64,000 nucleotides of DNA from Chitinivibrionales bacterium (GTDB taxonomy: Bacteria; Fibrobacterota; Chitinivibrionia; Chitinivibrionales; WJMI01). Numbering within the stretch: position 1 is the stretch's first letter; each line of letters begins with the position of its first letter. The DNA lies in contig WJMI01000305.1 of assembly GCA_014728015.1 (NCBI GenBank), forward strand, positions 6,192-70,191, given 5' to 3'. The notes below the pieces were generated by a model. That model was not told the origin of the DNA. It saw nothing but the letters and a program-made list of their open reading frames with translations, and ran no database searches. Of the stretch, positions 16,136-26,124 are shown one piece after another. Position numbers and translations under genes: made by a program.

Positions 16136-17581
16136 ATGCGTTCACTGTTCCATGCCCTCCTGGCGCTTTTTCTTGCTGTCTCCTGCGCGAATATCCAGGA
16201 TACGAGCGCGGGCCCGAAAGCCGGCGGTGTTGTGGTCGACAAGGATGGCGATCCGGTCAAGAACGCCGCGGTATATGCGTATGACTTGGAGCATGTTCCC
16301 TGGGTGGGCGATACCGGCATCGCGCGGGTCCAGGCGTGGGATATTACCGGCGGGGACGGGAGGTATACCCTGGAATTCTCGCTGGCCGGGCTGAGCAATA
16401 TTCTTATCACAGCTCCCGACGGAAAGACAGTGTTGGTTGACAGCGTAGTAATTGGCCGTGACGGTACCACGCAGGTCCCGGATGCGGTGGTCGGGAAGCC
16501 GGGCTCGATCGCGGGAACGGTCGTGCTTGCCGGCAAAAGCGATACGGTACGCCCGCAGATCACGGCGTATCTTCCGGGGACCAACCTCGCGGTCCCGGTC
16601 GACACGGGCAGCGGTTCATATGAGATATCCGGCGTGCCGGCCGGCACCTATCGTGTCGTGTTCACTCCCGGCCGGCCGGAGTTTACGGGCGCGACGCTGT
16701 TCGCATCGGTGGCCGCGGATTCGACGGCGGTCTTAGACACGTTTGTCATGTACAGTTCTTTTGTTACCGGGGTGCCCGAGGTGGATGCGGGCCCGGACAC
16801 GCTGGTCCCGCCCGGCGGTACGATACTTCTCCACCCGACTGTCCGGGATACCTTCGGATCGATCGCGGACTACGCGTGGGCATTTGACGACGCCGTGTTC
16901 TATTCGGTCGCGGTTGACTCCACCATGGCCGATACCATGCTCGATGCGCCGTCGAAGCCTGATTCGCAGTTTCTGTGCATCCTGCGGGTGACCGACAACG
17001 ACAGCAACCAGGTATTCGATACCGTGAAAGTCACGGTCGGGACCGTGTCGCAGGCATCGCTCGACTCTCTGTGCCTGCGCGACGGGGCCGTCGGCGGATG
17101 GCTTCGGGACGGTGATTGCGCGGCATACGACCGCGACTCTGTTAGCGACAGCATTGTGGCGGGGAGCGACGTGTGGAAGGAGTTCGGCATGCAGCGGCTG
17201 CTTGCGCAGCAGTTGTACCGCCCGGTCGACAGTCTGCTCGCCGACAGCGTGGCCGGGGACACGGTCGAAATTCGCGCGATGGATTTCGCCGTTCCCGAGA
17301 GCGCATCCGCGATGTTTGCTCACGCGGACACGACCTGGGTTACCGACTCTCTCGCGATCGTATTGAGCGGCTATCCCGACAGTCTTGCGGTCATCATGCC
17401 GCTTACCGGAGACACTATCGTGGATACGGCCGCACAGGACACCACGGTGGAGATATATTACGTGCTTCGCGCGCGCCTGAACCGGTTCTATTTCAAGATG
17501 ACATTCTTTGGCCTTGCCGACAGCGCCGATATCGACACTACCGTGGGCGCGCTCCTGCTCGGCTACGAGCGACGGCTCTAG
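16136..17581 (+). CDS. Lipoprotein with carboxypeptidase-regulatory-like and PKD-like domains, unknown function
   Basis: Lipobox: LALFLAVSC. CarboxypepD_reg-like: GGVVVDKDGDPVKNAAVYAYD and GSIAGTVVL...SGSYEISGVPAGTYRVVFTP. PKD-like: DAGPDTLVPPGGTILL...LRVTDNDSNQVFDTVKVTV. Confidence 0.6.
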   Translation: MRSLFHALLALFLAVSCANIQDTSAGPKAGGVVVDKDGDPVKNAAVYAYDLEHVPWVGDTGIARVQAWDITGGDGRYTLEFSLAGLSNILITAPDGKTVLVDSVVIGRDGTTQVPDAVVGKPGSIAGTVVLAGKSDTVRPQITAYLPGTNLAVPVDTGSGSYEISGVPAGTYRVVFTPGRPEFTGATLFASVAADSTAVLDTFVMYSSFVTGVPEVDAGPDTLVPPGGTILLHPTVRDTFGSIADYAWAFDDAVFYSVAVDSTMADTMLDAPSKPDSQFLCILRVTDNDSNQVFDTVKVTVGTVSQASLDSLCLRDGAVGGWLRDGDCAAYDRDSVSDSIVAGSDVWKEFGMQRLLAQQLYRPVDSLLADSVAGDTVEIRAMDFAVPESASAMFAHADTTWVTDSLAIVLSGYPDSLAVIMPLTGDTIVDTAAQDTTVEIYYVLRARLNRFYFKMTFFGLADSADIDTTVGALLLGYERRL

Positions 17582-18345
17582 CGCCGCTTCCCCAGGCCCC
17601 GTTGCTCGGCCTGCTGGTACCCCCAGTTCCAGCTCAGGTCCCTGAGCTTTGACGGGCAGTATTCCATGACCAGATCGAACAGGTAGTCATCGAGCTTGCA
17701 GTTGTACAGGCAGTTTACCAACCTGATAGCATCGAGGTCGAGACCGCGCACGTTGGTGAGATTCGCCCCGACAATGTAGGCGCCCTTGAGACTCGCGCCG
17801 GTAAGGTCGGCGTTGGAGAGGTCGGCGTTCTTGAGATAGGCGTCCTCAAAGCTTGCGTTGCGGCAGTCGGCGAACCGCAAGTCGACGCTGCGCATATCGG
17901 CGCGCACAAATTTCGATTCCTTGAGGTTCGCGAATTTGAGATCCATCCCATACATGTCACCATCGGTGAAATCGGACTGGGCAAGCTGTTTGCGCGCGGG
18001 ATCCACCGGCCGTCGATACGCATCCTGCGGCGTGGGCGGCGGGGGCACCGGCGCGGCCGACCGGAACCGTTTCATGAACTGATCTTCTGTCATGCACTCG
18101 GTACGCGATCCATCGACATACGTGTAGACCATCTTGGGGAAGTGCCCGTTACCACCGTTACCGCCGGACGGCTGCATGTAGGCGGGGTCCACACAGAGGT
18201 ACATGGGAAACGCTTCGGCAGGGGCGCCGGCGAGCTGCAGCTCAACACTGATGCCGCCGTTGCCGTTGTCGCCGGCAAAACCAGGGGAGAATGAAATGAT
18301 TAACAGAAGGGGAACAATCCCACTACGAACTGCGAGAAAATTCAT
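17578..18345 (-). CDS. Exported pentapeptide-repeat protein
   Basis: C-terminal half: MYGMDLKFANLKESKFVRADMRSVDLRFADCRNASFEDAYLKNADLSNADLTGASLKGAYIVGANLTNVRGLDL. Start moved to the ATG at 18345 (MNFLAVRSGIVPLLLIISFSPGFA). Confidence 0.8.
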   Translation of the reverse strand: MNFLAVRSGIVPLLLIISFSPGFAGDNGNGGISVELQLAGAPAEAFPMYLCVDPAYMQPSGGNGGNGHFPKMVYTYVDGSRTECMTEDQFMKRFRSAAPVPPPPTPQDAYRRPVDPARKQLAQSDFTDGDMYGMDLKFANLKESKFVRADMRSVDLRFADCRNASFEDAYLKNADLSNADLTGASLKGAYIVGANLTNVRGLDLDAIRLVNCLYNCKLDDYLFDLVMEYCPSKLRDLSWNWGYQQAEQRGLGKRR

Positions 18346-18744
18346 TATTACCCCGCGGATGCACGCACCACATGCGGAACACGTCCATAGACACGATTCA
18401 TGTGTTATGAGCCCATGATGCTGGGGATCGGGAGAGAACCCGGATCTACATATTGTACCCAAACTGGCGCCAAAGTTCAACAAATTTTTAGTATCACGGT
18501 ATTCAGGATTGCACAGACCGGCATTTTCCCCGGTCCATGCCGGCAGCGAGGAAATTGCGGCCATGTGTCTCTCTTCAAGCAGGCACGACACTATATATGG
18601 GGGGGGCATTGCACTGTAACAGTATAACACAGTAGTACCATATTGTCCTGGAACCTGTTCCCGGCTCTGTCTATTATTGAGGATACTGTGCGGGAAGAAG
18701 AGGGGATGATTAACCCTTATTCAGAGAAAGAGGGAGACGGCGTC

Positions 18745-20640
18745 ATGAGTACAATTCGGCCTGCATGTAATTTTGCTGGCGCGCTCGCGCTTGCCGCGCT
18801 CGCAACCGTCCTCGTGTCGGATATCCTGGCCAATGAAACTATTACGGTGACCGCAACAGGCGGCGCGCTTCAGGAGTTCGACGGTTTCGGGGTGCATCCC
18901 ACGCGCACCAAGTACAAGCAGAGTGTCCGGGACACCCTGGCCAAGCTGATTATCGGCGATCTGAAGATGACCAACATCAGGATTTATCACAATGCATACG
19001 CCACGGAAGATTCGCTCTTGGAGTACTGGGTGAAAGGCTGGGATGCGTTCGACGAAAGCAAGCCGGGGTTCGAGTTCGGCTATGCCTACCCGGACTGCAC
19101 GTCGATGCTTGACGACTGGATGGCGGTAAATCCCGACCTGTTTTTCGTGGTGGGCGGGGGGGAGCAGATAACCGACCAGAGCAGGATCTACCCCTTCTGC
19201 ACGAAGCAGGCGACGCTTATCAAGTTCTTGCGAGACAACCGGGGACTGCCCATTACCTGGACCACGCTGGTCAACGAGCCGAACGACTACGGAAAGCCCT
19301 GGCAGGGACAGGATCCCGACGTTCGCATGGTGCCGACCGATCTGTATCCCGCGCTCACCAGAACCATGCGCCACGTGCTGGATTCATTCGGCCTTGACAT
19401 GGTGAAAATCTATGTCCCCGAGGTGTCAAGCGTTGACAGCATGTGCCACGCCTACATCGATCTCGTGCGCAATGATCCCGATGCCTGGGCCGCCACGGAG
19501 GGGTTTTTTACAAAAGCGTATAACATGTGCGCCGACTGGGAGATGAAGGAGCTCTGCGAGGAGACGGGGCTGCCGTATTTCACGGCCGCGGGCGCCAACC
19601 TCGTGGACCAAGACATCGTATACGCGAACGATCCAAACAAGTGGTCCCGCTTCGTGGACTATGAGAACACCAACGATGACGATCATTGGGCCGCCGAGAT
19701 GGCGGGACGGGTTTTCAATGATTTCAATCACATGGTGACGTGCTGGCAGACGTATCTCGGCGTGTGCGTGCACGACTGGCGTTTCGGACCGCACCGGCTG
19801 ATTGTGTACTTCGAAAGCGCATCTGATTCGGCACAGGCGGTAAACGACTGGGGATATCCTCCGGACGATATCGAGCCGCTCGCCGACGGCACCTATATCT
19901 GCTACACGCTGAAATACTGGTATCTGAAACAGATCGCCCATGCGTTCGATGTCGGCTGCGCGTTCAGATATTGCGAAACCGATAAGGAGCTTCCGCATAG
20001 AGACATGTGGATGACCTACGGCCAGAAGCCGGCTATTGTGGCGAGCACGGCGCAAAACCCGGACGAGAGCTGGACTATCGGCGTAGTGAATATAACGGGC
20101 TGCCAGTCGGATACGTTCGAGATAAACTCCAACCACCCTGCATCCATTTTCCAGTATTATGACCCAGCCGCCTACGATGTCACGGTCAGGGTGGAGGAGC
20201 TTGCCGGCAATGACCAGCTCAAGTTCCAGTTGATAAGAAGCAATAAGACCGACTGGGTGGAGCCGCAGGCCGATTCAGTGACCATGACCAACGGAGAAAT
20301 AACGCTTACGGTGGGGCCCAAGGAGCTGATCACGCTTCGCGGCGCCAAGGGGGCCGATGTCAGCGTCAAAGCGTTTTCCCGGGATGCCACGCCGCTTCTG
20401 GCAAGGTCTCCCTACCTGCGGGGTTCGCATACACTGGTCGTGCCGCTTGCTGACAACGGCATCTACGGAGTAGAGTTGGTTGATTTATCGGGAAAGAAGA
20501 TCTTTGCGGTACGCTCCGCCGGCGATGCCGCGCGCGGCGAGTACCGGATACCTGTCGCCGGTCTTGGCGCCGGGGCGTTTCTCCTTCGGGTGATGCGTGA
20601 CGGTTCGCCATCTGTTATCAGAAGAATCGTAATTCGTTAG
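18745..20640 (+). CDS. GH30-like (clan GH-A) glycoside hydrolase with T9SS C-terminal domain, paralog 1
   Basis: LQEFDGFGVHP near the N-terminus. Candidate acid/base TTLVNEPND; candidate nucleophile IYVPEVSSVDS. Tail: VELVDLSGKKIFAV...GAGAFLLRVMRDGSPSVIRRIVIR. Start at the ATG at 18745, after AGAGGGAGA. Confidence 0.6.
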   Translation: MSTIRPACNFAGALALAALATVLVSDILANETITVTATGGALQEFDGFGVHPTRTKYKQSVRDTLAKLIIGDLKMTNIRIYHNAYATEDSLLEYWVKGWDAFDESKPGFEFGYAYPDCTSMLDDWMAVNPDLFFVVGGGEQITDQSRIYPFCTKQATLIKFLRDNRGLPITWTTLVNEPNDYGKPWQGQDPDVRMVPTDLYPALTRTMRHVLDSFGLDMVKIYVPEVSSVDSMCHAYIDLVRNDPDAWAATEGFFTKAYNMCADWEMKELCEETGLPYFTAAGANLVDQDIVYANDPNKWSRFVDYENTNDDDHWAAEMAGRVFNDFNHMVTCWQTYLGVCVHDWRFGPHRLIVYFESASDSAQAVNDWGYPPDDIEPLADGTYICYTLKYWYLKQIAHAFDVGCAFRYCETDKELPHRDMWMTYGQKPAIVASTAQNPDESWTIGVVNITGCQSDTFEINSNHPASIFQYYDPAAYDVTVRVEELAGNDQLKFQLIRSNKTDWVEPQADSVTMTNGEITLTVGPKELITLRGAKGADVSVKAFSRDATPLLARSPYLRGSHTLVVPLADNGIYGVELVDLSGKKIFAVRSAGDAARGEYRIPVAGLGAGAFLLRVMRDGSPSVIRRIVIR

Positions 20641-20669
20641 TACGCTCAATGCAAGGAGGCCGGGCGAAC

Positions 20670-22103
20670 ATGCTTAGGCGAACAGCCTGTATTATGATCA
20701 TTATTGCCGGAGCGGCCGGGATGTCGCGCGCGGAGTGCCCGTCGTACGTCAAGAAAGATCAGTCCTCGGTCGGTGAACAGTCGAGCGTGCCTGAGGGGTG
20801 GTTCGCCTATGTTGGGCGCACCGCGGACAACCGCATTCCGGGCGTCGTGATTTCCCCTACCACGACGTATTCGCCGGTCACAGTACCGAACACCGAGGCG
20901 GATACGTGTCTCATGGTCCAGATGACCGACGATGCCTCCTGGCTTCTGTACATGACCACCAGTCAGGAGGTGTTTCTCATTCGCCCTGATGGTTCGTCGA
21001 AGACGGCGGTTCCCACGCCCAACTGCGAGGTGTCGCAGAACAACCAGTTCCCGCGCACCGCGGGCGTGTACCGCAACGCGCCGGGCGGGGATGCAATCGT
21101 GTACACTTCGGCCTATGATAAAATGCGCGCGATGGACGTAGACCTGTCTGGCGAAACACCGTCGTTCGGGAGCGATCGCAGTCTCATCGATTTGGGCGGA
21201 TCTGGAATCCGTTTCGGTGAAATGGCCATGGAGGGGCGGATCCGGTCGATCAACGGGAACCACTATCTGGGGCAGCGTGTTGACGAGAGCGGGTGGTTGT
21301 TGTCAACGCTGTTCATCACTATCCCGGATGGCGGCGCGGGGACCGCCGGTACCGGGGACATATGGTGGTACACCAATCTCACCTGGAAAACATTCGGATG
21401 CGGATACACGCTTTCGCCTGACGGTTCCATTGCGCTATTCAACACGGGCGACCAGGGCAACGATGCCGAGTGCCACCCGTCACACGCATCGGGAATGGAC
21501 CACAAGGGATTTCTCGTGGCGGAGTTCCCGGAGCCGGGCACCGCGCAGTGCGGGGCGCACGAATTCGTGACCGAGCATGCCATAAGCATCAACTGGGCTC
21601 CGGAGCAATACCGTTTCGGGGCATACTACGAAGTCGACTTCACCGACTGGTCATATGCGAATACCGGCAACTATATCATCGGCGTACTCCGGGGGAGCCT
21701 GGCGCCCGATCCGGGCGTGTGGCTCGTGAACTGGGGCACCAACGAGTGGACGCACTTGACCGACGGCAGCACTTATGCCGGCAGTCCCGATGTGTTTTTC
21801 GGCGAGAGCCCGGTGGGTCTCACGAACCGGATGCCGACCGTGCGGCCGCAGCATGCACAGAGCAGGCTGGCCGGGACCCCGCATATCCGCGAGGCCGGCC
21901 GGCTGGTTGTGCCGATTGCATCGGCGGGAATCTATACCGCGGCATTGACCGATCCGGGCGGCAGGACCGTGCATGTGTCCACTTTCCGGTGCGCGGGCCC
22001 GACCGAGAAGGTCCTTTTTCTCTCGGATTATGCAGCCGGAGTATACCTGCTTCGTTTGTCGGACAACAGTGCCACCTCTGTGGAGCGGGTTTTCGTTCGG
22101 TAG
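20670..22103 (+). CDS. Secreted TolB/PD40-like beta-propeller protein with T9SS C-terminal domain (propeller family P, copy 1)
   Basis: FLIRPDGSSKTAV, YTLSPDGSIALFNTGDQ. Tail: ALTDPGGRTVHVSTF...AAGVYLLRLSDNSATSVERVFVR. Start at the ATG at 20670, after AAGGAGG. Confidence 0.5.
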   Translation: MLRRTACIMIIIAGAAGMSRAECPSYVKKDQSSVGEQSSVPEGWFAYVGRTADNRIPGVVISPTTTYSPVTVPNTEADTCLMVQMTDDASWLLYMTTSQEVFLIRPDGSSKTAVPTPNCEVSQNNQFPRTAGVYRNAPGGDAIVYTSAYDKMRAMDVDLSGETPSFGSDRSLIDLGGSGIRFGEMAMEGRIRSINGNHYLGQRVDESGWLLSTLFITIPDGGAGTAGTGDIWWYTNLTWKTFGCGYTLSPDGSIALFNTGDQGNDAECHPSHASGMDHKGFLVAEFPEPGTAQCGAHEFVTEHAISINWAPEQYRFGAYYEVDFTDWSYANTGNYIIGVLRGSLAPDPGVWLVNWGTNEWTHLTDGSTYAGSPDVFFGESPVGLTNRMPTVRPQHAQSRLAGTPHIREAGRLVVPIASAGIYTAALTDPGGRTVHVSTFRCAGPTEKVLFLSDYAAGVYLLRLSDNSATSVERVFVR

Positions 22104-22129
22104 CGATCGTGGGTCTTCCCGCAAATCCC

Positions 22130-22163
22130 AGCCCCGGTTTTCGCACGATGGCCGGGGCTTTTG
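22130..22163 (+). terminator. Putative rho-independent terminator after 20670-22103
   Basis: AGCCCCGG / CCGGGGCT stem with a 14-nt loop, followed by TTTG. Confidence 0.4.
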
Positions 22164-22308
22164 CATGCTTGTGTTGTGCTTGTGGTAAGGATATGATACC
22201 AATTGACGCTTTCTCCGCGCTCTCTCTTTCCATATCTTGTGAAGAATCGTATCGCTGCCGCACGCGGGGGAGGGGCGGCCGCTGTTCCCACAGTCACTGG
22301 AGCATAAA

Positions 22309-24162
22309 ATGGGAAAAAGATCTCTCTTCCGAAACCGTGCGGGTGTATGCGCCTGTGTGCTTGCCGTAAGCCTGACCTGTGGGATTTCCGCTGAGAAAAC
22401 GGTGACCATCCAGGTTGAATCGCCTCCCCTCCAGACCTTCGAGGGGTTCGGGCTTCACGACGGGTGCACGTACCTCGAGCGCTATCGCGACACGGTCAAT
22501 TCCTTTTTTGTCAAACCGCTTCGGGCAACGCACGCGCGGTTCTATATCGCCGGCCCGCATGTCGATTCTATCAAGGCCGCCTTTCTTTCCCGGTTCGGGT
22601 ACAGCGACGGCACGACCTTTTTTCACGATTATCTGAAACAGGATCCCGACCTGTATTTCCTCATTGCCGGCGGCGAGCAGATGACCAGTCTCGCGGCCCT
22701 CGAGCCGTTTTGCACGAAATGGGCCGAAGCGGTGAAATGGCTGAAAGAGGACCAGGGCCTGGACATTCGCTGGACAACCTTGACCAACGAGCCCAACGAC
22801 TACGGGTTCGAATGGCAGGGACAGGATCCCACGAAGCGCAAGTGCGCCCCGGAGTTTTACGCGCCGTTCGCAAAGACCATGCGCTCGGTGCTCGACAGCT
22901 ACGGGCTTACTGATGTCAAGATATTTGCGCCCGAAGTGTCCAGTGTCGACAGCATGTGTCACGTGTATATCAACCTGCTGAAGGACGATCCGGAGGCGTG
23001 GCCGATTGTCGAGGGGCTCTTTACCAAGGCGTACAACATGTGCGCCGACTGGACCATGAAAGAGCTGTGCGAGGAATCCGGCAAGCCGTATTTCACGGCG
23101 GCCGGATCCAATCTGATTGACTGGCACAACTATCGCGACCACGGTATCGGCAAGGACGATGTCGAGCAGGAGTATTTCAATGACAACGACCACTGGGGCG
23201 CGGACATGTGCGGCCGGGTATTTAACGATTTCAACCACATGGTCACGCACTGGGGCTGGTATCTCACGGCGCACCGGCCGGATGGCTTTCCCTACAGCGA
23301 TCCGCGGTTCAACCCGCATCGCCTGGCCTACTATGTCGACACATCCATGATAGCAGGCACCGATCTCCTGGGCGAGCTTTCCAGCTTGGGCTACAACACG
23401 TCCCAGTGGTTCGATCTCGGTGACGGGACCGCGTACATGATGATTACACTCAAGTACTACTATCTCAAGCAGCTCGCCCACATGTTCGATGTCGGATGCG
23501 TGTTCCGGTACTGCGAGTCGGACCCCGCCCTCCCGCACGCGGACATGTGGTATACCTACGGCCAGAAACCCGCGGTCTCGGCATCGGCCGCGCGGAATCC
23601 CGACGGGTCGTTCACCATCGGCGTGGTCAATCTCACCGGGTGCACCAGTGACGGGTTCCCTGTTGCGGGCTGGCATGCGACGCCCTATTTCGAGTACTAT
23701 GATGCCGAAAGGTATGATGTTACTATCCGCATGCACGAATTGATCGACAGCGGGCCGCGGCGGTTCGCGATGTATCGCAGTTCCAGGACAGAGCGGTTCG
23801 AGTTTGTTGATTCGGTGACCATGACCGGCGGCGAAATGACCATCTCCGTCGACCCGAAAGCGTTGGTGACACTTCGGGGGTCGGGAGGCTCAGCTGTGGT
23901 CGCGGCGAGTGCTTCCCGGTTTCAACGCGGGAGCTTGGGTGATGTGCGGGCGCACAAAGGAATGATAGATATTGCCTTTGCCAATGCCGGCAGCTATTCG
24001 ATCAAGCTCGCCGGTCTTTCGGGCAGAATCGTTTACACACACAGGAAATTCTGCTGCTCCGCCCCGGCGCAGTATCGAATTCCTGCATTGGTGCCGGGAT
24101 GTTATGTGCTTCGGGTCTCGGGACGCTATCGCTCGATGGCACGGAGAATTGTTGTGCAGTAG
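22309..24162 (+). CDS. GH30-like (clan GH-A) glycoside hydrolase with T9SS C-terminal domain, paralog 2
   Basis: LQTFEGFGLHD, TTLTNEPND, IFAPEVSSVDS. Collinear with 18745-20640. Tail: IKLAGLSGRIVYTH...VPGCYVLRVSGRYRSMARRIVVQ. Confidence 0.6.
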   Translation: MGKRSLFRNRAGVCACVLAVSLTCGISAEKTVTIQVESPPLQTFEGFGLHDGCTYLERYRDTVNSFFVKPLRATHARFYIAGPHVDSIKAAFLSRFGYSDGTTFFHDYLKQDPDLYFLIAGGEQMTSLAALEPFCTKWAEAVKWLKEDQGLDIRWTTLTNEPNDYGFEWQGQDPTKRKCAPEFYAPFAKTMRSVLDSYGLTDVKIFAPEVSSVDSMCHVYINLLKDDPEAWPIVEGLFTKAYNMCADWTMKELCEESGKPYFTAAGSNLIDWHNYRDHGIGKDDVEQEYFNDNDHWGADMCGRVFNDFNHMVTHWGWYLTAHRPDGFPYSDPRFNPHRLAYYVDTSMIAGTDLLGELSSLGYNTSQWFDLGDGTAYMMITLKYYYLKQLAHMFDVGCVFRYCESDPALPHADMWYTYGQKPAVSASAARNPDGSFTIGVVNLTGCTSDGFPVAGWHATPYFEYYDAERYDVTIRMHELIDSGPRRFAMYRSSRTERFEFVDSVTMTGGEMTISVDPKALVTLRGSGGSAVVAASASRFQRGSLGDVRAHKGMIDIAFANAGSYSIKLAGLSGRIVYTHRKFCCSAPAQYRIPALVPGCYVLRVSGRYRSMARRIVVQ

Positions 24163-24170
24163 TATGGCTG

Positions 24171-24268
24171 TTGGGGACGGACTAATCCTATTGTTTTGAG
24201 CCCGCATTTCTGGCGCTTCTAGGCATATTCGCCCTTTATCATTTACGCAACACAATTCGCCCGTCCCC
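24171..24268. repeat. Intergenic IR element B (TTGGGGACGGACTAATCCTA ... CCGTCCCC)
   Basis: GGGGACGG (24173-24180) and CCGTCCCC (24261-24268), 80 nt apart, starting 9 nt after the stop at 24162. The left arm closely resembles that of element D at 38511. Confidence 0.35.
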
Positions 24269-24284
24269 ATACACAATGCTGTGA

Positions 24285-24587
24285 TCAGCACCCCTTGTAT
24301 TCGATCTCGGCCTTTGCCTTGTCCGGGTTCTCGTCGGCCCATTCCTTCCGGTCTTCGCGCTCTTCTTCGACATCATCCGCATCGAGGTTCTCGATACCCC
24401 TTGCCGGGTTGATGCGCGTGTACGTGAAATTGCCCTTTTCCTGCTCCAGTTTCGCGGCAGCTTCCTCACAGGGCATGAGGGTCAGGGATGTGGTGATACC
24501 AACCATGGGGACCGGGTAGACCGCCTGGATCAGGTAGTATATCTTGCCCGCTTCGAACGTGAGCCTGGCTTTGGCTATGTAACACAA
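24285..24587 (-). pseudogene. Possible 5'-truncated gene remnant (small acidic C-terminal fragment)
   Basis: 100-aa ORF with GC3-rich codons, a TTG 'start', no signal peptide and no SD. An in-frame stop lies only 8 codons upstream. The sequence ...ARLTFEAGKIYYLIQ...EEREDRKEWADENPDKAKAEIEYKGC reads like the C-terminal part of a larger protein. Confidence 0.25.
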
Positions 24588-24657
24588 ATCCTTTGTCGTG
24601 GAAGCACCAATCTATAGTACTCCTGATACCAAGTATCCGTCTCAGAGCTTGCCAGTT

Positions 24658-24667
24658 CCCCTATATT
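24658..24667 (+). promoter_or_regulatory. CCCCTATATT promoter-like motif upstream of 24810-26015
   Basis: Exact 10-mer on the plus strand, 142 nt upstream of the ATG at 24810. Confidence 0.4.
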
Positions 24668-24809
24668 GGCTGCCAGGGACGAAGAACACATGCAGGAGGA
24701 GCGAATCCTGGGCACTCAGCCGCTAGACAACGGTTAATCGGTTTAACGACCCAAGGCCTTTCCTGCCCTGACCTCGCTTGTTCGAAATGCCAACTCAAGG
24801 AGTCTTGCC

Positions 24810-26015
24810 ATGTCTCAAAGACTCGAATTCTTTTCGGCTGGAGAGCCCCTTCCAAAAGCCCGAACTCCAGTACTCCGCATTGCTGCCCGCTTTTTCCCAA
24901 GGCGTTGTTCGAAGGCTCTGGCGGCAGTCATTGCCGCCGCAGCGATGAGCGCATTCGGCGAATTCTCGGCTACCGTTTCCGAGGTAGACGGCGACATTGA
25001 TGTGGTACTCGAGAATGCCGTGTTCAAATGCACATACGGGCCGGTGTCGAAATTCTATACCGACCAAGACGAGACCTGTATCAAGGAGCTGGTTGTCAAC
25101 GGCGGGAACGATGTTGTCGGCCGGTTCTACATGGATGCCATGGTCAAAAACGAGGAACACGATCGCGGCGCGCTCAACCACGCGGAAGTCGTTGTCGATG
25201 ATGCATCGGAAAAAACGGTCCAGCTCGAGTGGGACGGGAGCGCGGTGGTGCAGCGGGTGACAATGTATCCCCACAAACCGTATCTCAAGATCGATTACTA
25301 CCGCTACTACATGTATGTGCGGGACTTCCCCGAGAAAACAGGGGGAACGCCCATTGTATATGGGGCGAATGACTGGTGCCGGGTTGACGGAAGCAATCCT
25401 TTCGGCGAGGGCATTTTTCCACGGAGCTACTACCGTCCGGAGATGGGCGATCCGGCTGATGGAGGTTCGTTGAACTATGCCGGATGGTTTATCATGGGGA
25501 CGCTTTCGGGCAGCGCCGGGTTCGGACGTCTACTCCCTGTCAAGCACATGAGCGTTATCAAGCTGCTCGATCCGCACAAAGGGTATGAGTTCTATCCGCA
25601 CTGGGTAACGAAAGGGTCCCGCCAGCCGTTTACGTCTATCCTGTACATCATTACGGGCGGAGAGGATGAGCTTTTCACGCAGGGCATGCTTCTTGCCGAA
25701 AACACCGAGGCCGATCCGCCGGCTATTGACCTTCCGGAGGTGGGCGCCATCGGCAGGGCGCCTGCGCACAAAGCCCGGCCAACCGCGATAGCGGCGACAT
25801 ACAAGTCCGGAGCGGTGCTGGTGAAGGTTGTATCACCCGGGCCGCACAGCATTCGCCTGGTTGATCTCAAGGGGGCGACGATTATGCATCGAACCACACA
25901 GGGTAACCATACCTATCGGGTTTCGCTCGACAATGTTGCAGCCGGCATGTACTTGATGCGCGTCAAAGCCACGGACAAAGTCGTGAACAAGATAATCGTG
26001 CATCACGGAAGGTAG
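24810..26015 (+). CDS. Secreted protein of unknown function (family U, copy 1) with T9SS C-terminal domain
   Basis: 401 aa. Paralog of 42353-43540, sharing VLEN..FKCTYG.V.K.YTD..ET.I.E, YMDA.V...E.DRG, DGG.L.Y.GWFI.G, PVKH.SVIK.L. Tail: IRLVDLKGATIMHR...AAGMYLMRVKATDKVVNKIIV. No motif I can assign. Confidence 0.5.
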   Translation: MSQRLEFFSAGEPLPKARTPVLRIAARFFPRRCSKALAAVIAAAAMSAFGEFSATVSEVDGDIDVVLENAVFKCTYGPVSKFYTDQDETCIKELVVNGGNDVVGRFYMDAMVKNEEHDRGALNHAEVVVDDASEKTVQLEWDGSAVVQRVTMYPHKPYLKIDYYRYYMYVRDFPEKTGGTPIVYGANDWCRVDGSNPFGEGIFPRSYYRPEMGDPADGGSLNYAGWFIMGTLSGSAGFGRLLPVKHMSVIKLLDPHKGYEFYPHWVTKGSRQPFTSILYIITGGEDELFTQGMLLAENTEADPPAIDLPEVGAIGRAPAHKARPTAIAATYKSGAVLVKVVSPGPHSIRLVDLKGATIMHRTTQGNHTYRVSLDNVAAGMYLMRVKATDKVVNKIIVHHGR

Positions 26016-26124
26016 GAGTTGCTGCAAACCGGAGCAATGTCTCCGCAAATGTGAGGGTAGTAACCGACATATGGTCAAGCACGCGAATACCGGCTATATA
26101 GTCCGTGTTTGCAGGGAGGAAACA

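Noticed and set aside
22294-23736. 480-aa reverse-strand ORF overlapping the GH30-like gene 22309-24162
   Set aside because: Antisense shadow ORF. The forward frame has the paralog-supported GH-A motifs. The reverse product is repetitive (R/V/G/P-rich) with no motif.
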